Below, piece by piece: positions 11,530 through 24,150 of a stretch of 64,000 bases of DNA. Each line of letters starts with the position of its first letter. Position 1 is the stretch's first letter. Below the pieces are notes generated by a model. That model saw only the letters and a list, made by a program, of their open reading frames with translations, was not told the origin of the DNA and ran no database searches. Location of the stretch: positions 183,832,001 to 183,896,000 of the forward strand of contig NC_086097.1 of NCBI RefSeq assembly GCF_963921235.1. Reading direction: 5' to 3'. The translations under genes were made by a program, and so were the position numbers. The DNA is from Mobula hypostoma. Lineage: Eukaryota.

Positions 11530-13320
11530 ACACAAGACGCTAGTGATAGAGTAAAATTGCAGTCTGTGGGATGAATTGCAGAGTAATGCGGACAAAATCG
11601 AAAAGAGCGATGAATAGAGGAACAAAGATGTTATATTTTCTTGCATGCAGTACATGGAATAAGGTAGATGATCTTGTAGCACAATTAGAGAATGGCAGGT
11701 ATGACATCGTGGGCATCACTGAGTTGTGGCTGAAAGAAGATTATAGTTGGGAGCTTAACATCCAAGGATACATATTGTATCAAAAGGACAGGCAGGTAGG
11801 CAGAGGGGTGGCATGTTTCTATTGGTAAAAAATGAAATCAAATCCAGTGCCTAAGAAGAATAATGTGGGCTGCCTTAATGACTAGCGCCCGGTAGCATTC
11901 ACCTCGACAGTGATGAAATGCTTTGAGAGGTTGATCATGACTAGACTGAACTCCTGCCTCAGCAAGGACCTGAACCCATTGCAATTTGCCCATTGCCACA
12001 ATAGGTCAATGGCAGACACAATCTCAATGGCTCTCCACACAGCTTTAGACCACCTAGACCACACAACAACTACGTCAGGACGCTGTTCATCGACTATAGC
12101 TCAGCATTTAATACCATCATTCCCACAATCCTGATTGAGAAGTTGCAGAACCTGGGCCTCTGTACCTCCCTCTGCAATTGGACCCTCAACTTCCTAACTG
12201 GAAGATAACAGTCTGTGCAGATTGGTGATAACATATCCTCACTGACGATCAACACTGGCGCATCTCAGGGTGTGTGCTTAGCCCACTGCTCTACTCTCTA
12301 TATACACAGGACTGTGTGACTAGGCATGGCTCAAATACCATCTACAAATTTGCTGACAATACAACCATTGTTGGTAGAATCTCAGGCGGTGACGAGAGGT
12401 TGTACAGGAGTGAGATATGCGAACTAGTGACAGTAACAACCTGGCACTCAACATCAATAAGATGAAAGTGCTGATTGTGGATTTCAGGAAGGGTAAGACA
12501 AAGGAACGCATACCAATCCTCATAGAGGTATCAGAAGTGGAGAGAGTGTGCAGTTTCAGGTTCCTGGGTGTCAAGACCTCTGAGGATCTAACCTGGTCCC
12601 AACATATCGATGTACTTATAAAGAAGGCAAGACAGCGGCTATATTAGGAGTTTGAAGAGATTTGGCATGTCAACAAGTGCACTCAAAAACTTCTATAGTT
12701 GTACCATGGAGAGGATTCTGACAGGCTGCATCACTGTCTGGTATGGAGGGGCTACTGCACAGGAACAAAACAAGCTGCAGAAGGTTATAAATCTAGTCAG
12801 CTCCATCTTGGGCACTAGCCTACAAAGTATCCAGGACATCTTTAGGGAGCGGTGTCTGAGAAAGGCAGCATCCATTATTAAGGACCTCCTGCATCCAGGG
12901 CATGCCCTTTTCTTACTGTTATCCTCAGGGAAGAGGTACAGAAACCTGAAGGCACACACTCAGCGATTCAGGAACAGCTTCTTCCCCTCTGCCATCCGAT
13001 TCCTAAGTGGATATCGAAGCTTTGGGCACTACCTCACTTTTTTTAATATACTGTATTTCTGTTTTTGCACATTGTTTTAAATCTATTCAATATATGTAAT
13101 TGATTTGCTTGTTATTTATTATTATGTTTTATTTTATTTATTTATTTTTTCTCTCTCTGCTAGATTATTTATTGCATTGAACTGCTGCTGCTAAGTTAAC
13201 AAATTTCACGTCACATGCTGGTGATAATAAACCTGATTCTGATTCTGAAAGCGATGACATAGGATCAGAAGACGTAGAATCCTTGTCGGTGGAGCTAAGA
13301 AACTGCACAGGCAAAAAGGC
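11530..13320 (+). mobile_element. CR1 ORF2 5' start, interrupted by Rex1
   Basis: ORF 11571..11828 NKVDDL...YDIVGITELWL...IQGY; resumes after 13247 with DIGSEDVESL.VELRN. Confidence 0.85.
11846..13247 (+). mobile_element. Rex1/Babar LINE, 5'-truncated, RT to 3' tail
   Basis: [62 protein letters not shown] plus (CTGATT)n tail. Confidence 0.92.
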
Positions 13321-14134
13321 CCCTCACACGTCCTTTGAAATTAACCCCTCTCACCTTAAGTTACCTTAAACCTCTGACACACTTCAACCCTTGGAAAAAA
13401 GATATTGTCTGTCTACTCTATCAGATCTCTCCTCAGCCTCCACCGCTCCAGAGAAGCAACCAAACTTTGTTCAACCTCTAATCCAGGCAAAATCCTGATT
13501 CATTCTTTGTTGATAGGTTCAAGGTAAAACAATATATTCTCATTCTCTTATGCATGCCTATAGAAATGTAGCAAACATTTTAAATTAAAACAACTCGGGA
13601 GTAATATTAGGCACTTCTCTTTCTAAGTGTAGTAGGACTCCGAACTGATGCTGTGTGAATTTAAACTTCCTGTATTGAGGCCAATAGATTTTGGTTAGGT
13701 AAGGCTGTCAAGGGATATGAATCAAAGGTGGGTAAATGGGGTTGAGGTTGAGATCAATCAGGATTTGACTGAATGGTTGAATATTCCCAAAGGGAGAGAT
13801 GACCTAACTCTGTCCTGATACTTTTATAACATGACGGAAAAATTAACAACAGAAACTACAAAATAATTCCAATGTAACAGTTTTTTTACATATAATTTAT
13901 TATTTTGCCAAACATTATAAATTTGTAAGCTGAGGGGAGCTTTAATATGGTGAGTGTGTGCAGTATGCATAGCTCCCTAGAGGAATCAGGACCATGTGGT
14001 CAGCAATGATAAAATGATTTTGAGAAACCTCAAGGATAACTTTCAGAAAAGCTCCAGCGAGGTGAGGTTTTATTTTTAAATAAATGTTGTCTTTGTATTT
14101 GTACAGGAAAGAAACAACTAAAACATACACAGAT

Positions 14135-14980
14135 GATTTCATATCAGACCAATTGCATAATAAGACAAATGGCAGATGGAGTTTAACTTTGGTTAATGTG
14201 AGGAGTTGCACCTCGGTAGGGCAAATGCAAGAAGACGGTACATTGTTAAGGGCAAGATCCTTAACAGTGTTGCTGAGCAGAGAGATCTTCAGATCCAAGT
14301 TCATAACGTCTTGAAAGTGACTACACAGGTTGAGTGATGGTTAAGAAGGCTTATGGAATGCTTGCTTTTATTAGTCGGGATACTGAGTTCAAAAGTCAAG
14401 AGGTTCAAAAGTCAAATGTTGAAACTGTATAAAACTCTGGTTAGGCCACATCTGGGTTATTGCATAGAGTTCTGGTCATCCCACTATAGGAAGGAGGTTG
14501 AGGTTTTGGAGAGGGTACAAAAAAGGTTTACCTGGAAGCTACCTAGTTTAGAATATATGTACTATCATGAGAGGCGGGACAAACGTGGTCTGTTTTCTCT
14601 GGAGTGCTGGAGGCTGACGGGAGATCTGATGGAGGTTTACAAGATTATGAGAGGCATAGATAAAGCAGACAAGGAGCATTTGCTTTCCAGGTTGGAAATT
14701 TCTAATACCATAGGGTGTGCATTGAGGGGTGGGGGTGTTGTGAGGGGTAAGTTTTTTATTCAGAGTCATGGATACCTGGTATAGTGGTAGAGGTAAATAC
14801 ATTAGAGGCTTTAATGAAACGTTTGGATAGGCACATGGATTAAAGGAAAATGGAGGGACATGGACATTGTGTAGGGAGGAGGGATTCATGTTTGGGTGTT
14901 TTTGATTTGCTTTTTAGCAGGTTCCGCACAACATTCTGGGCTGAATAGCCTGTTCGTGCATTATACTGTTCTATGTTCTA
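14135..14980 (+). mobile_element. CR1 RT C-terminus and 3' UTR
   Basis: ORF 14353..14784 LYKTLVRPHLGYCIEFWS..YRKEVEVLERVQKRFT; TTCTATG-type tail. Confidence 0.9.
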
Positions 14981-15089
14981 AGACCTCTTCCACCTTTTGT
15001 CCATGTTGAGATACTCTACCTTTTATTTTTCTTGGCCTAAAAGTCAGCTTGGGTTTCAATGTACATCGAAAGTTAAGATTTTATTTTAT

Positions 15090-15740
15090 CGAACACAGAA
15101 GCAGGCCTTTGGCCCATTATGTCCCACTTCCATTTGGTAACACTTGGTCCATGACCTTCTGTGCTTGACAATTCAGCTGACCATTCAGATAAATGTTGTG
15201 TGAGTACCTTCTTCTACCATGAGCTCACCTGCTCCATATTCTAACCACCTCCTGGATGAACATGTTCTTCATTGGATCCCCTCTAAATCACTTACCCCTT
15301 ACTCTAAAGTCAAAGTCGAGTTTATTGTCATATACACAAGTACACATTTGCACAAGGGCAATGGAATATTTACTTGCAGCCCATCACAGGCACATAGCAT
15401 CGTATAATTCATCCACAAGAAAAACATACACAATTTTAACAAAAAAAGCATACAATTGGAAGAAAAAATATCTGTGACATCTTTAGATACATCAGCTATT
15501 GGTGAAAAAGAAGTATTTCTTTTATAATTTTGTATACCTCTGTCATGTTCCCTCCCCCTTTCCACATCCCCTATTCCTGACACCACAGCCTCCTTCACAC
15601 CAAAATAAACAAGCCCAGCCTAAGCTAAAACATTCTATGCCAGACAACATCCTGGTGAATTTCTCAGTTTCTTCTTATAATGTGACGACCAGAACTGCAT
15701 ACACTACTTTAAATGTAGCCTAATCAATATTCTATAATGT
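15090..15740 (-). mobile_element. Decayed CR1 3' fragment with an inserted Rex1-type tail (~15305-15470)
   Basis: gaccagaactgcatacactac and ataattttgtatacctc are reverse-complement CR1 motifs; aaagtcaaagtcgagtttattgtc tail. Confidence 0.6.
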
Positions 15741-15764
15741 GCCATTGCCCCTCTGAGCTTATGG

Positions 15765-15843
15765 CAGGGATTCTCACCTTTGTTATGCCATGGACCCTTA
15801 CCATTAACTGAGGGGTCCATGGATCCTAGGATGGGAACCACTG
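15765..15843. mobile_element. Tiny hAT-like MITE
   Basis: cagggattctc...gggaaccactg ends and internal ccatggaccc/ggggtccatgg inverted repeat; TSD degenerate. Confidence 0.55.
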
Positions 15844-15849
15844 TCTTCT

Positions 15850-17720
15850 GTGAGGGGGAATGTGAGTGGGTGTTGTGGAATTGAAGTAAGAAGTTGGGAA
15901 GTGATGGGTAGAAAAATTAAAGGGCTAAAAAAGGAATCTGATAGGAAATGACAGTGGATCGTGGAAGAAAGGGGAGAAGGAGGGGAACCAGAGGGAGGTG
16001 ATGGACAAGTGAGGAGAAGAGAAGAGGTGAGAGGGGAACAGAATGGAAAATGGGAAAATAGAGAAGGGGTAGGCTGGGAAAAATTACCAGAATTTGGAGA
16101 AATCAATGTTCATGCCATTTCATTAGAGGGTACCCAGAAAGAATATGAGGTTTTGCTACTCCATCTTGAGCGTGGCCTCATAATGACATGGAACAAAATG
16201 TCAGAATGGGAATGGAAAATCAAAATGAAGTGGGGGGCCATTGGGAAATTCTGCCTTTTGATGAAGCAATCCCCTAATCTACGCTGAGTTTCACTAATGT
16301 GGAGGAGACCGCACTGAGGACATCAGACACAGCAGATGACCCAGGCAGGTTCACAGGTGAAGTGTTGCCTCACCTGGATGGACTGTTGGGGACCCTGAAT
16401 GGTAGTGAGGGAGGAGGTGTAGGCACAGGTGTGGTTCTTTTCCCACTTGCAGAGGTAAATGCCAAGAGGGAGATCAGTGGAGATGGATGAGTGAGCAAGG
16501 GAGTCACATAGATAGCAATCCCTAAGAAAGTAGAGAGCGGGGGGAGGAGAAGATGTGCTTAGTGATAAGATCCTGTAAATGGTGGAAGTTATGAAGAAGG
16601 AGAACGCTATCCCTGTTATAGTGATAGTAGGATGGGGTAAGCTCAGATGTATGGGAAATTGAGGAGATGTGGGTGTGGTGGAAGAGAAACTGCTCTTTAA
16701 AAAACTAGGACATCTCAGATGTTCTAGAATGGAAGAGCTCATTCTGAGAACAGAGATGGAGGAACTGAGAAAAAGGAACAGCAGCTTTACAGGTGACCAG
16801 ACGGAAAGAGGTTTATTCAAAATAACTGTGAGAGTCAGTCGGTTCATACCGTTTATCAGTTGACAGAATGTCTCCAGAGATGGAGACAGAATGAATGAAG
16901 AAAGGGAGAGGGATGTCAGAGGTGGAACAAGTAAATTTGAAAGCAAGGTGGAAGTTGGAAGAAAAGTTGATGGAATTCACGTGGTCAGCATGGGTTCAGG
17001 AAGCAGCACCCATGCAGTTGGCGATGTAGTGGAGTAAGAGTTGGGGTGCATCACCAGCATAGGCTTGGAACATGGACTGTTCCACGTAGCTAAAGAAAAG
17101 ACAGGGTTAGCTGAGGCCCATGCAGATGCAGATGTCCAAGGCTGCACCTTGGGTTTAGAGAAAGCGGCAGGAGCCAATAGAGAAATTGTTGAGGGTGAGA
17201 ACAAGTTCTGCCATACAGAGGAGAGTGGTGGTGGGGTGGAACTGATTTGGTTTGTTGTCCAGAAAGAAGCGGAGAACCTTAAGGCCTTCCTGATAGGGGA
17301 TAAAAGTGTATAAGGACTGGATGACCATAGTGAAAATGAAATGATCAAGGCCACAGAACTTGAAGTGATTGAAGTAATTGTGAGTGTGAATTGTGATTGA
17401 TGTAGGGAGGATAGGATTGAACCAAGAAGGACACAGTGGAGTTGAGGTGTGTAGATTTGAGTTCATTTGGGCAGGAGCGGGCAGAAACAGTCGGCCCACT
17501 GGGACAATCAGGTTTGTGGATCTTGGGCAGAAGGTAGAAATGACTAGTGCAGGGTATGGGAACTATGAGGTTGGTAGCAGTGTATAGGAGATCTCCAGAG
17601 CTGATGTGGTTGGTGATAGTGTGGGAGACAATGGCCTGATGCTCCTTAGTGGGGTCCTGTCTAAGGGATAAGTAAGAGGAGATGTCTGATAGTTGCCGTC
17701 AGCCCTCAGCCAGATAGAGG
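15850..17720 (-). mobile_element. Penelope-like element fragment (RT + GIY-YIG)
   Basis: QSLYTFIPYQEGLKVLRFFL...ELVLTLNNFS (ORF 17155..17499); TTIQGPQQSIQVRQHFTCE (ORF 16323..16946); homologous to 3735-5838. Confidence 0.88.
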
Positions 17721-18124
17721 TCCTCTCTCAGTATTGCTGTATCATTATCCTTTATCAGTAGTGCAGTCCCTCCACCTCTTCTACCATCCTCTCTATCACA
17801 CAAAAAACAGGACATCATGTCATATAATGATTATTAAATTTGGTAGAGAATGTATTTAAACTAGCATTCTTTATTTTCGTAAGGTTATTGAGTCATTTCT
17901 GATTCTGTATGTGAGCATTGAAATGATGGAAGCAGCGTTAATTGCTTTTGAAACCTCCCTCCATGAAAGCAGCTCTGTACCTGCCGCAAGTGGCCAACTA
18001 GTTAATTATTAAAAAGCAATGTTCTAGAAGTGCTAATTGTCAAGCACTTCAGGAGATGCAGCTGCTGCAGCCATTTTATAAATTCCTCCATATCTAATCA
18101 TCACTATTTTAATGCCATTTTGGA

Positions 18125-18560
18125 AGGTGCAGCACAGCCTTTGGTTTACTAAGGAAAGGGGTGTTTGAAGATCAAGACCTTAAATCTGACACAAAACTCG
18201 TGTCTATCAGTTAGCAGCGATCCCTGCCTTTCTGTATGCATCTAAGAGATATCTACCTGCACAACCACTTCATGCACTGGAAAAATATCTCCACTTATGC
18301 ATTAACAAAATTCTCGAAGTTCACCAGAAGGGTAAGTGTATCATAGTCTTTGGTTGGCCAACAACCTCTGCATATGTTACACTTAGACCTCAGTGCTGGC
18401 AGCACCATCCTCATTCCGGAACTAAACCCGACAGATACTCTTTTCCGAGGTCTGTCATGGGAAAACTTATTACGTTTCTTAAAGGATGTACTCAAAGTCT
18501 CCGTGAAGAAAAGCAGTGTGTCCACTGCTCCATGAAGAAGGAGCCCTAAGCACTGCCTAA
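18125..18560 (+). mobile_element. RTE LINE fragment downstream of RT
   Basis: STAFGLLRKGVFEDQDLKSDTKL...IPAFLYAS...ALEKY...RFLKDVLK. Confidence 0.75.
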
Positions 18561-19577
18561 AACGAAGAAAGGTAGGCAACAGAACTGAAGTCCATTCCTC
18601 TACATTATGGTGAATCCATTAGGCTATCAAATTTTCAATACATATAAATTGCAGTGATTTCAGGGTAGACACTATATATAATGTTGGATTCCTCCAAACT
18701 TCACCATAAATTAGAAAGCCAAACCAGGAAACTTCACCCTCAGAAATTTCCAACATGATAAATGGAAATTAATACATTGTACCTCTGCCTCTCTCTGCTC
18801 TTTGTTGCATTGTAGAATGTTGATGCATTTTTTTCAAATTCAAGTATCTTCAATTTCTTGGCTATCCTTAAATGCCTGTGATATAATGAAGATTGATATA
18901 TATTGTCACAAACCTCTCATAAATTATTTAAAAGGTTCTTTACAATAAATGATCTTTTTTAATGCAGACTTCACTCTCAGTGAACAACTCTGGCAAGTAG
19001 CATTTGCTAATTGGTCAATTTTGTACTTATGAAATCAACTTGAAATTGACAAACAGATGATTGAAAATGAGAAGCTTGAGTTTCAGTGACTGCCATGTAC
19101 TGATTTTCTTTTGTAGCGTCAAACTGCATTTATAGATTTATTGCAAACAGAAGCTATTACTATATTACTTTTCACTCTCAGTGACCGTCATCTATTGCAT
19201 GTACTATAAACTGTAACGCTGCATACAGCTGTGGCTGCAAGGTAGACTACAAATCACTGAATAGATGACTGATCTATGGTGATCTTTCTTGAAATCTAAG
19301 TTGTTAAGTTGTTATAGAAACCTTAAAGTGGTGCTTAATGTCTTAAGGGATTCTTTCTGTGTCTGTATCCATCAAAGTGAACCATAGTAATACTGGAGCA
19401 TTCAAATGTTTTCTGCTTGATATTCATCAAAAGTGTCAAGACCTTCTCAGTCATATCTGGCACGGTCCTGTATAACAGAGGCAATGCCAATCAGAGCAAT
19501 AAACTAGAAATGAACTGGGCTTTGCTTCACTTCAAAGGTGTTTGTTCAGCACTATGTGAACTATTATGAATTAGTAT

Positions 19578-20100
19578 AAGATTCAAGATTCAGGATTCAA
19601 GATGCAATATTATTTAAAGTCATTTCCTATAAATAAGTGTAAAGGAAAACAAGATAATTGTTACTCCAGATTCAATGCAGCCCAAGAAAGACCAGGGTGG
19701 GTGGGATTCTTTGTGATGTTACTGACCCTTCTCCAGCACCTTTCTGAATATACAGTATATCCTTGATGATGAGTAGCCTGGTGCTGATAATGAATTGGGC
19801 AGGTTTGACTACCGTTATAGAGCCTTCCTGACCACCGCGGTGCAGTTTTCATGCCAAGCAGAGACGCAGATCGTCAGGATGCTCTCTACTGCACATCTGT
19901 AGGATGGCATGAGTTACGGATGTGCAAAGTCCAGCTCTCTTCAGCCTTCTCACAAAGTAGATGTGTTGGTGAGCTTCCTTGACTGTGCAGGATGTGTTCT
20001 GGGACCATAAGAGTTTTGTGTGTGATGTGCAGATTCCACTTGTGTGTCGCCCATGTAAATAGGGGTGTGAGTGGCGTGAGTCAATAATCATCTCCTCTGT
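19578..20100 (-). mobile_element. Rex1/Babar 3' fragment
   Basis: ORF 19849..20091 HIYFVRRLKRAGL; (AAGATTC)n tail on the plus strand. Confidence 0.8.
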
Positions 20101-20339
20101 CTATCCTTATTCAAAAAGGACATGAAGGCAATTTTCTCCATGCGCCAATGGTGCACGCGTATTATCTTTAATATTTGCCAAGACTTCAAAATTGTGGATC
20201 TTCAGCAGAAAAGTTAAATGAAGACAAAATAATCAAAATGCAAGAATTACTTAAATTGTAATGCTAACAATTTCTTACTGCTGCTCCTCGGTGAGTATCT
20301 TTCACTGTGCCTGGTATAGGTGATTTCCGTTTAACACAG

Positions 20340-20575
20340 AATGGAACAGTGAGACACTGCCTCAAAATATCAGCTATACAGGTTCAATCCTAACCTCTGG
20401 TACTGTCTGTGTCAAGTTTGTACATTCTCCCTGTGACTGTATGTTTCATTCAAGTATAGGTGACTTGTGGACTCTGAGAGAATATAATAAAGATTGGTGT
20501 AAAATGGCAGCTTGATCATCAGCACAAACTCAGTTGGCAGAAGGACCTGTTTTCATTCTGTATGATTCCATGATT
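20340..20575 (+). mobile_element. HE1-like V-SINE, decayed
   Basis: ctgcctca...ggttcaatcc B-box, then tgtctgtgtcaagtttgtacattctccctgtg V-domain. Confidence 0.65.
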
Positions 20576-21059
20576 ATTTACTCCTTTAAATGCAATTCCA
20601 AATTTCAAGGTATTCATATTGGGTAATTGTCACATTTTACAAGGTGCATTGATACAGATGAAATCATTATAACAGTGGATTGAGGTAGAATAGGGTAAAA
20701 CAATAACAAAATGCGGAATAAAGTGTTACAGCAAAAGTGCAGTGCAGATAGACAATAAGGTTCAAGGTTATAAACAGGTAGATTAGGAGGTGGTTCTGTC
20801 TTGCGAAGTGAGGTATTGGGTGAAAAGTTGAGAGTGAAATTGCTTTAATGCATCTAACTTGGAATTCTTAAAAATAACAAAATAATTGATGACAAACATG
20901 TCATCAATGTGGTTTATGTTTCATCCTATACTGAACTTTGAACTTTATTCTCAAAGATAAAAGAGCTAGTTTTCAACTCATTGATCGAACTGGAAACCAC
21001 TGATCTGCAACTAACACACTCCTTTACTATTGGAAGCTTAAGTTACAGTGCTTCAACTA

Positions 21060-21910
21060 GAAATAGAAAATAGAGTCATAGAAAAGTACAGCACAGAAAC
21101 AGCCCATCTAGTCCATTTAAACTGTCTACTCCTATCAGCCTGCACCGGGACCATACCCCACCTCCCCATACCCCTACCATCTATGTACCTATCCAGACAT
21201 CTCTTAAACGTTGAAATCAACCTCACTCACATTGGCAGCTTATTCTACACTCTCACAACCCTCTGAATGAAGTTTCCCCTCATATTCCTCTTAAACTTTT
21301 CACCTTTCACCCTTAACCCCTAATCTCTGGTTGTAGTCCCACCCTACCTCAGTGGAAAAAGCCTGCTTGCATTTACTGTGTCTATATCTCTCATAATTTT
21401 GTATACCTCTATCAAATTTCCTCTCAGCCTTCTATATTCCAAGAAATCAAGTCCTAACCTATTTAATCTTTCCATATAACTCAGGTCCTCCAGACCCGGC
21501 AAAAGTCCTTCTAAATTTTCCCTGTACTCTTTCAACCTTGTTTACATCTTTCTCGTAGGTAAGTGGCCAGAACTGCTCACAATACTCCAAATTAGGCCAC
21601 AGCAATGTCTTATGCAACTTCAGCGTAACATCCTGTACTCAAAACATTGAGTTTTGAGGGCCAAAGTGCCTAAAGCTTTCTTTACAACACTATCTACCTG
21701 TGACACCACTTACAACAAATTATGGACCTGTATTCCCAGATCCCCTTGTTCTACTATACTCCTCAGTGCCCTACCGTTCACTGTAAGACCTGGTTGGTCC
21801 TACCAAAGTGCAAAACCTCGCACTTGTCTGCATTAAATTCCATCTGCCATTTTTCAGCCAATTTTTCCAATGGAGGCAGATCTCTCTGCAAGCCATGATA
21901 GCGTTCCTCG
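21060..21910 (-). mobile_element. CR1 3' fragment
   Basis: AEKWQMEFNADKCEVLHFGR; RRLRGNLIEVYKIMR. Confidence 0.9.
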
Positions 21911-22489
21911 TGTTCATTACGCATGTTAAAAATACATAGCAGGTGTCTGAAAGAAAACATACATTAGAATTAAGGGGTAAAATTTCCCTGAGGATTCTCC
22001 CGGTCTCCCTTGAGAGCATTGAGAAGGGTGTTGGAAATCTGTGAACTGATATTAGCAACTGTGTGGGGCATTCCTGCGAGGTTCTGTTTCTCCAGTGGAA
22101 CTACAGTGCAAGATTGTGCAAATCCTTGTAGATATTGCACTCCTTTGAGATACTTCGAAATTCTTTACAAAATTTGAGGATATAATTTTCTCAGGTATCA
22201 GATCTGATGACCAGATTCTATGGGAGCTCTTATTAGAAATTGTAACCTGACAACTTTTGCATATTCAGAACCTATAATTTTCCTGTAAACTTTAAGTCTG
22301 CTGCAGAATTTAATTCAAGGGTTATTTGGTATTGGTGCATCAGAATTTTAGAGTCACCAGGAGTCCTCTTTCTATATTGTTTTAACAGACAATGACATTT
22401 TCCAGTGCTAGTTCTGGGGAAAACACCCAGATATTACTTTCCTATGCAGCACACACAAGCATTTTATTTTACAAAATGTTCATACAGAA

Positions 22490-22800
22490 ATACAACTTTG
22501 AAACAGACCCATCAGCCCACTGGGTCTGTAAGACCTGTTTACACTAATATATTAATCCCATTTGCTGATCTGCTCGCATCTCCTCAGTTTCCCTCAGATT
22601 CTACTGGTCGCCTGCACATTCGGAGCAATCATGTGGGAGGAAATTCGGGCAATGTGGGAGGAAACCAGAGCACTTGAAGGACACTGACAGAATCAGAGGA
22701 AGAATATGTAAAGTCCTTACTGTCAGCACCTGAGGTTGGGATCAGACTTTGATGCCTGGCATTGTTGGACAATAGGCCTGCTGTCTTTGCCACTGTGCTG
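22490..22800 (-). mobile_element. HE1-like V-SINE, decayed
   Basis: tgtgggaggaaaccagagcac is the reverse complement of the V-domain; ends gccactgtgctg. Confidence 0.65.
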
Positions 22801-23254
22801 CATTTAGGTGGTGGAGCCACAGAACCCGATAAAACTGCCTAAAATCCTAAAGTGAAGTAAGATCCAAATGTCAAAACAACAATGGTGATCAAGAAATTTA
22901 CATCCCTTCGGGAACAGAATGCATATCCACCACTGCTTCTGATTTTCAAACATAAACTTACAATATCTTAAATATGGCCTCTAATGCTGCTAAAGTTGCT
23001 GTTTTGATGAGCTGCTGCTCAGGCTGTTGCAAATTCCACAGCTGTATCTTACTGGTATCAATGGTATCGCAGAAATCAAAACCCATTCAGTGCCTGGGGA
23101 GTCTGCAGGCTATGGCGGGCTGACTGAGGAAATGGGAGCTGTCTCCATGATGTAATCAGTAGATATGAGTGCAGGTACCATTATGAGGACTATGGTTTGA
23201 TGCAGAGCTAGGTTAAGTAAGGCTGCATCATTGCACAGATCTTCACAAGAGACG

Positions 23255-23600
23255 TGCCACTACCTCACAGTGCCGGAGACATGAGTTCAGTCCTGAGCTC
23301 CAGTGATGTCTGTGTGGTTTGTGTGTTCTCCCTGTAACCATGCGGATTTCTTCAGGTACTCCGGTTTCACTAGTGAAATTTAAGAGACTACTAGACAGGT
23401 ATATGGAGGAATTTAAGGTGGGGGGTTATATGGGAGGCAGGGTTTAAGGGTCAGCACAACATTGTGGGCCAAAGGGCCTGTACTGTGCTGTACTATTCTA
23501 TGTTCTATGTTTCCTCCCCCATCCCCAAGACATGCAGATTGCTGATTGGCTGATTGGCCAATGTGATGGAGTGGTAAGACCTGGAGGACTTAAGAATGTG
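23255..23600 (+). mobile_element. HE1-like V-SINE with a CR1 3' tail (23369-23510) inserted in its V-domain
   Basis: cctcacagtgccggagac...gtactccggtttc|insert|ctcccccatccccaagac. Confidence 0.75.
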
Positions 23601-23619
23601 GGTAAATAAATGTGGATTA

Positions 23620-23800
23620 TATTCAAGGTGGTTTGATGTTATTTCCAGTACACAAGTGTAAAGAAGAACAAAATGATCGTTACTCCAGATATGATGCAGC
23701 ACAAAAAAAACACAATCAGATAAAGAGCACATTAATAAAAAAACACAATCAATATAAATGGGTCCTTGATATTTGGCATGGCACAGGCTAAAGGGCTTGA
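23620..23800 (-). mobile_element. Rex1/Babar 3' UTR remnant
   Basis: Matches the tails at 6530-6640, 19600-19680 and 42212-42330. Confidence 0.7.
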
Positions 23801-23929
23801 TTTTGTACTGCATGATGTTATCTAAACTACTTCAGAAAAATACTGTACCTCCCTTCTATAATTTCTACCAAGAACCATGTTGATCTACAGGACAACCAGA
23901 AAAGTATTTACTCTCTGTCATGTTGATTA

Positions 23930-24150
23930 GTAATTTAGTTAATAAGTTTGCATATGACAGCAAAATTAAGACTGGAATGGACAGTAAAGAAGGTTGTTTA
24001 AGATTACTGGTGCTGGGTCTAGGTAACCGGGAAAGTGGGCCAAGGAATGACCAGTGGAATTTAGTTTAAGCAAGTGTGAAGTGTTGCATTTGACAAGTTA
24101 AACCAGGGTAGGGCTTATACAGTAAATTACAGAGACGTGGAAAATGTTCT
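23930..24150 (+). mobile_element. CR1 RT remnant
   Basis: NKFAYDSK..., KCEVLH. Confidence 0.65.

Noticed and set aside
18295..18579. 94-aa minus ORF and a plus-strand G|GTAAGT donor suggesting a host exon
   Set aside because: The plus strand translates to decayed RTE ORF sequence; the ORF is its antisense shadow
23040..23110. YWYQWYRR peptide reminiscent of an Ig/TCR V framework
   Set aside because: No flanking Cys/YYC motifs, leader or RSS; stops nearby
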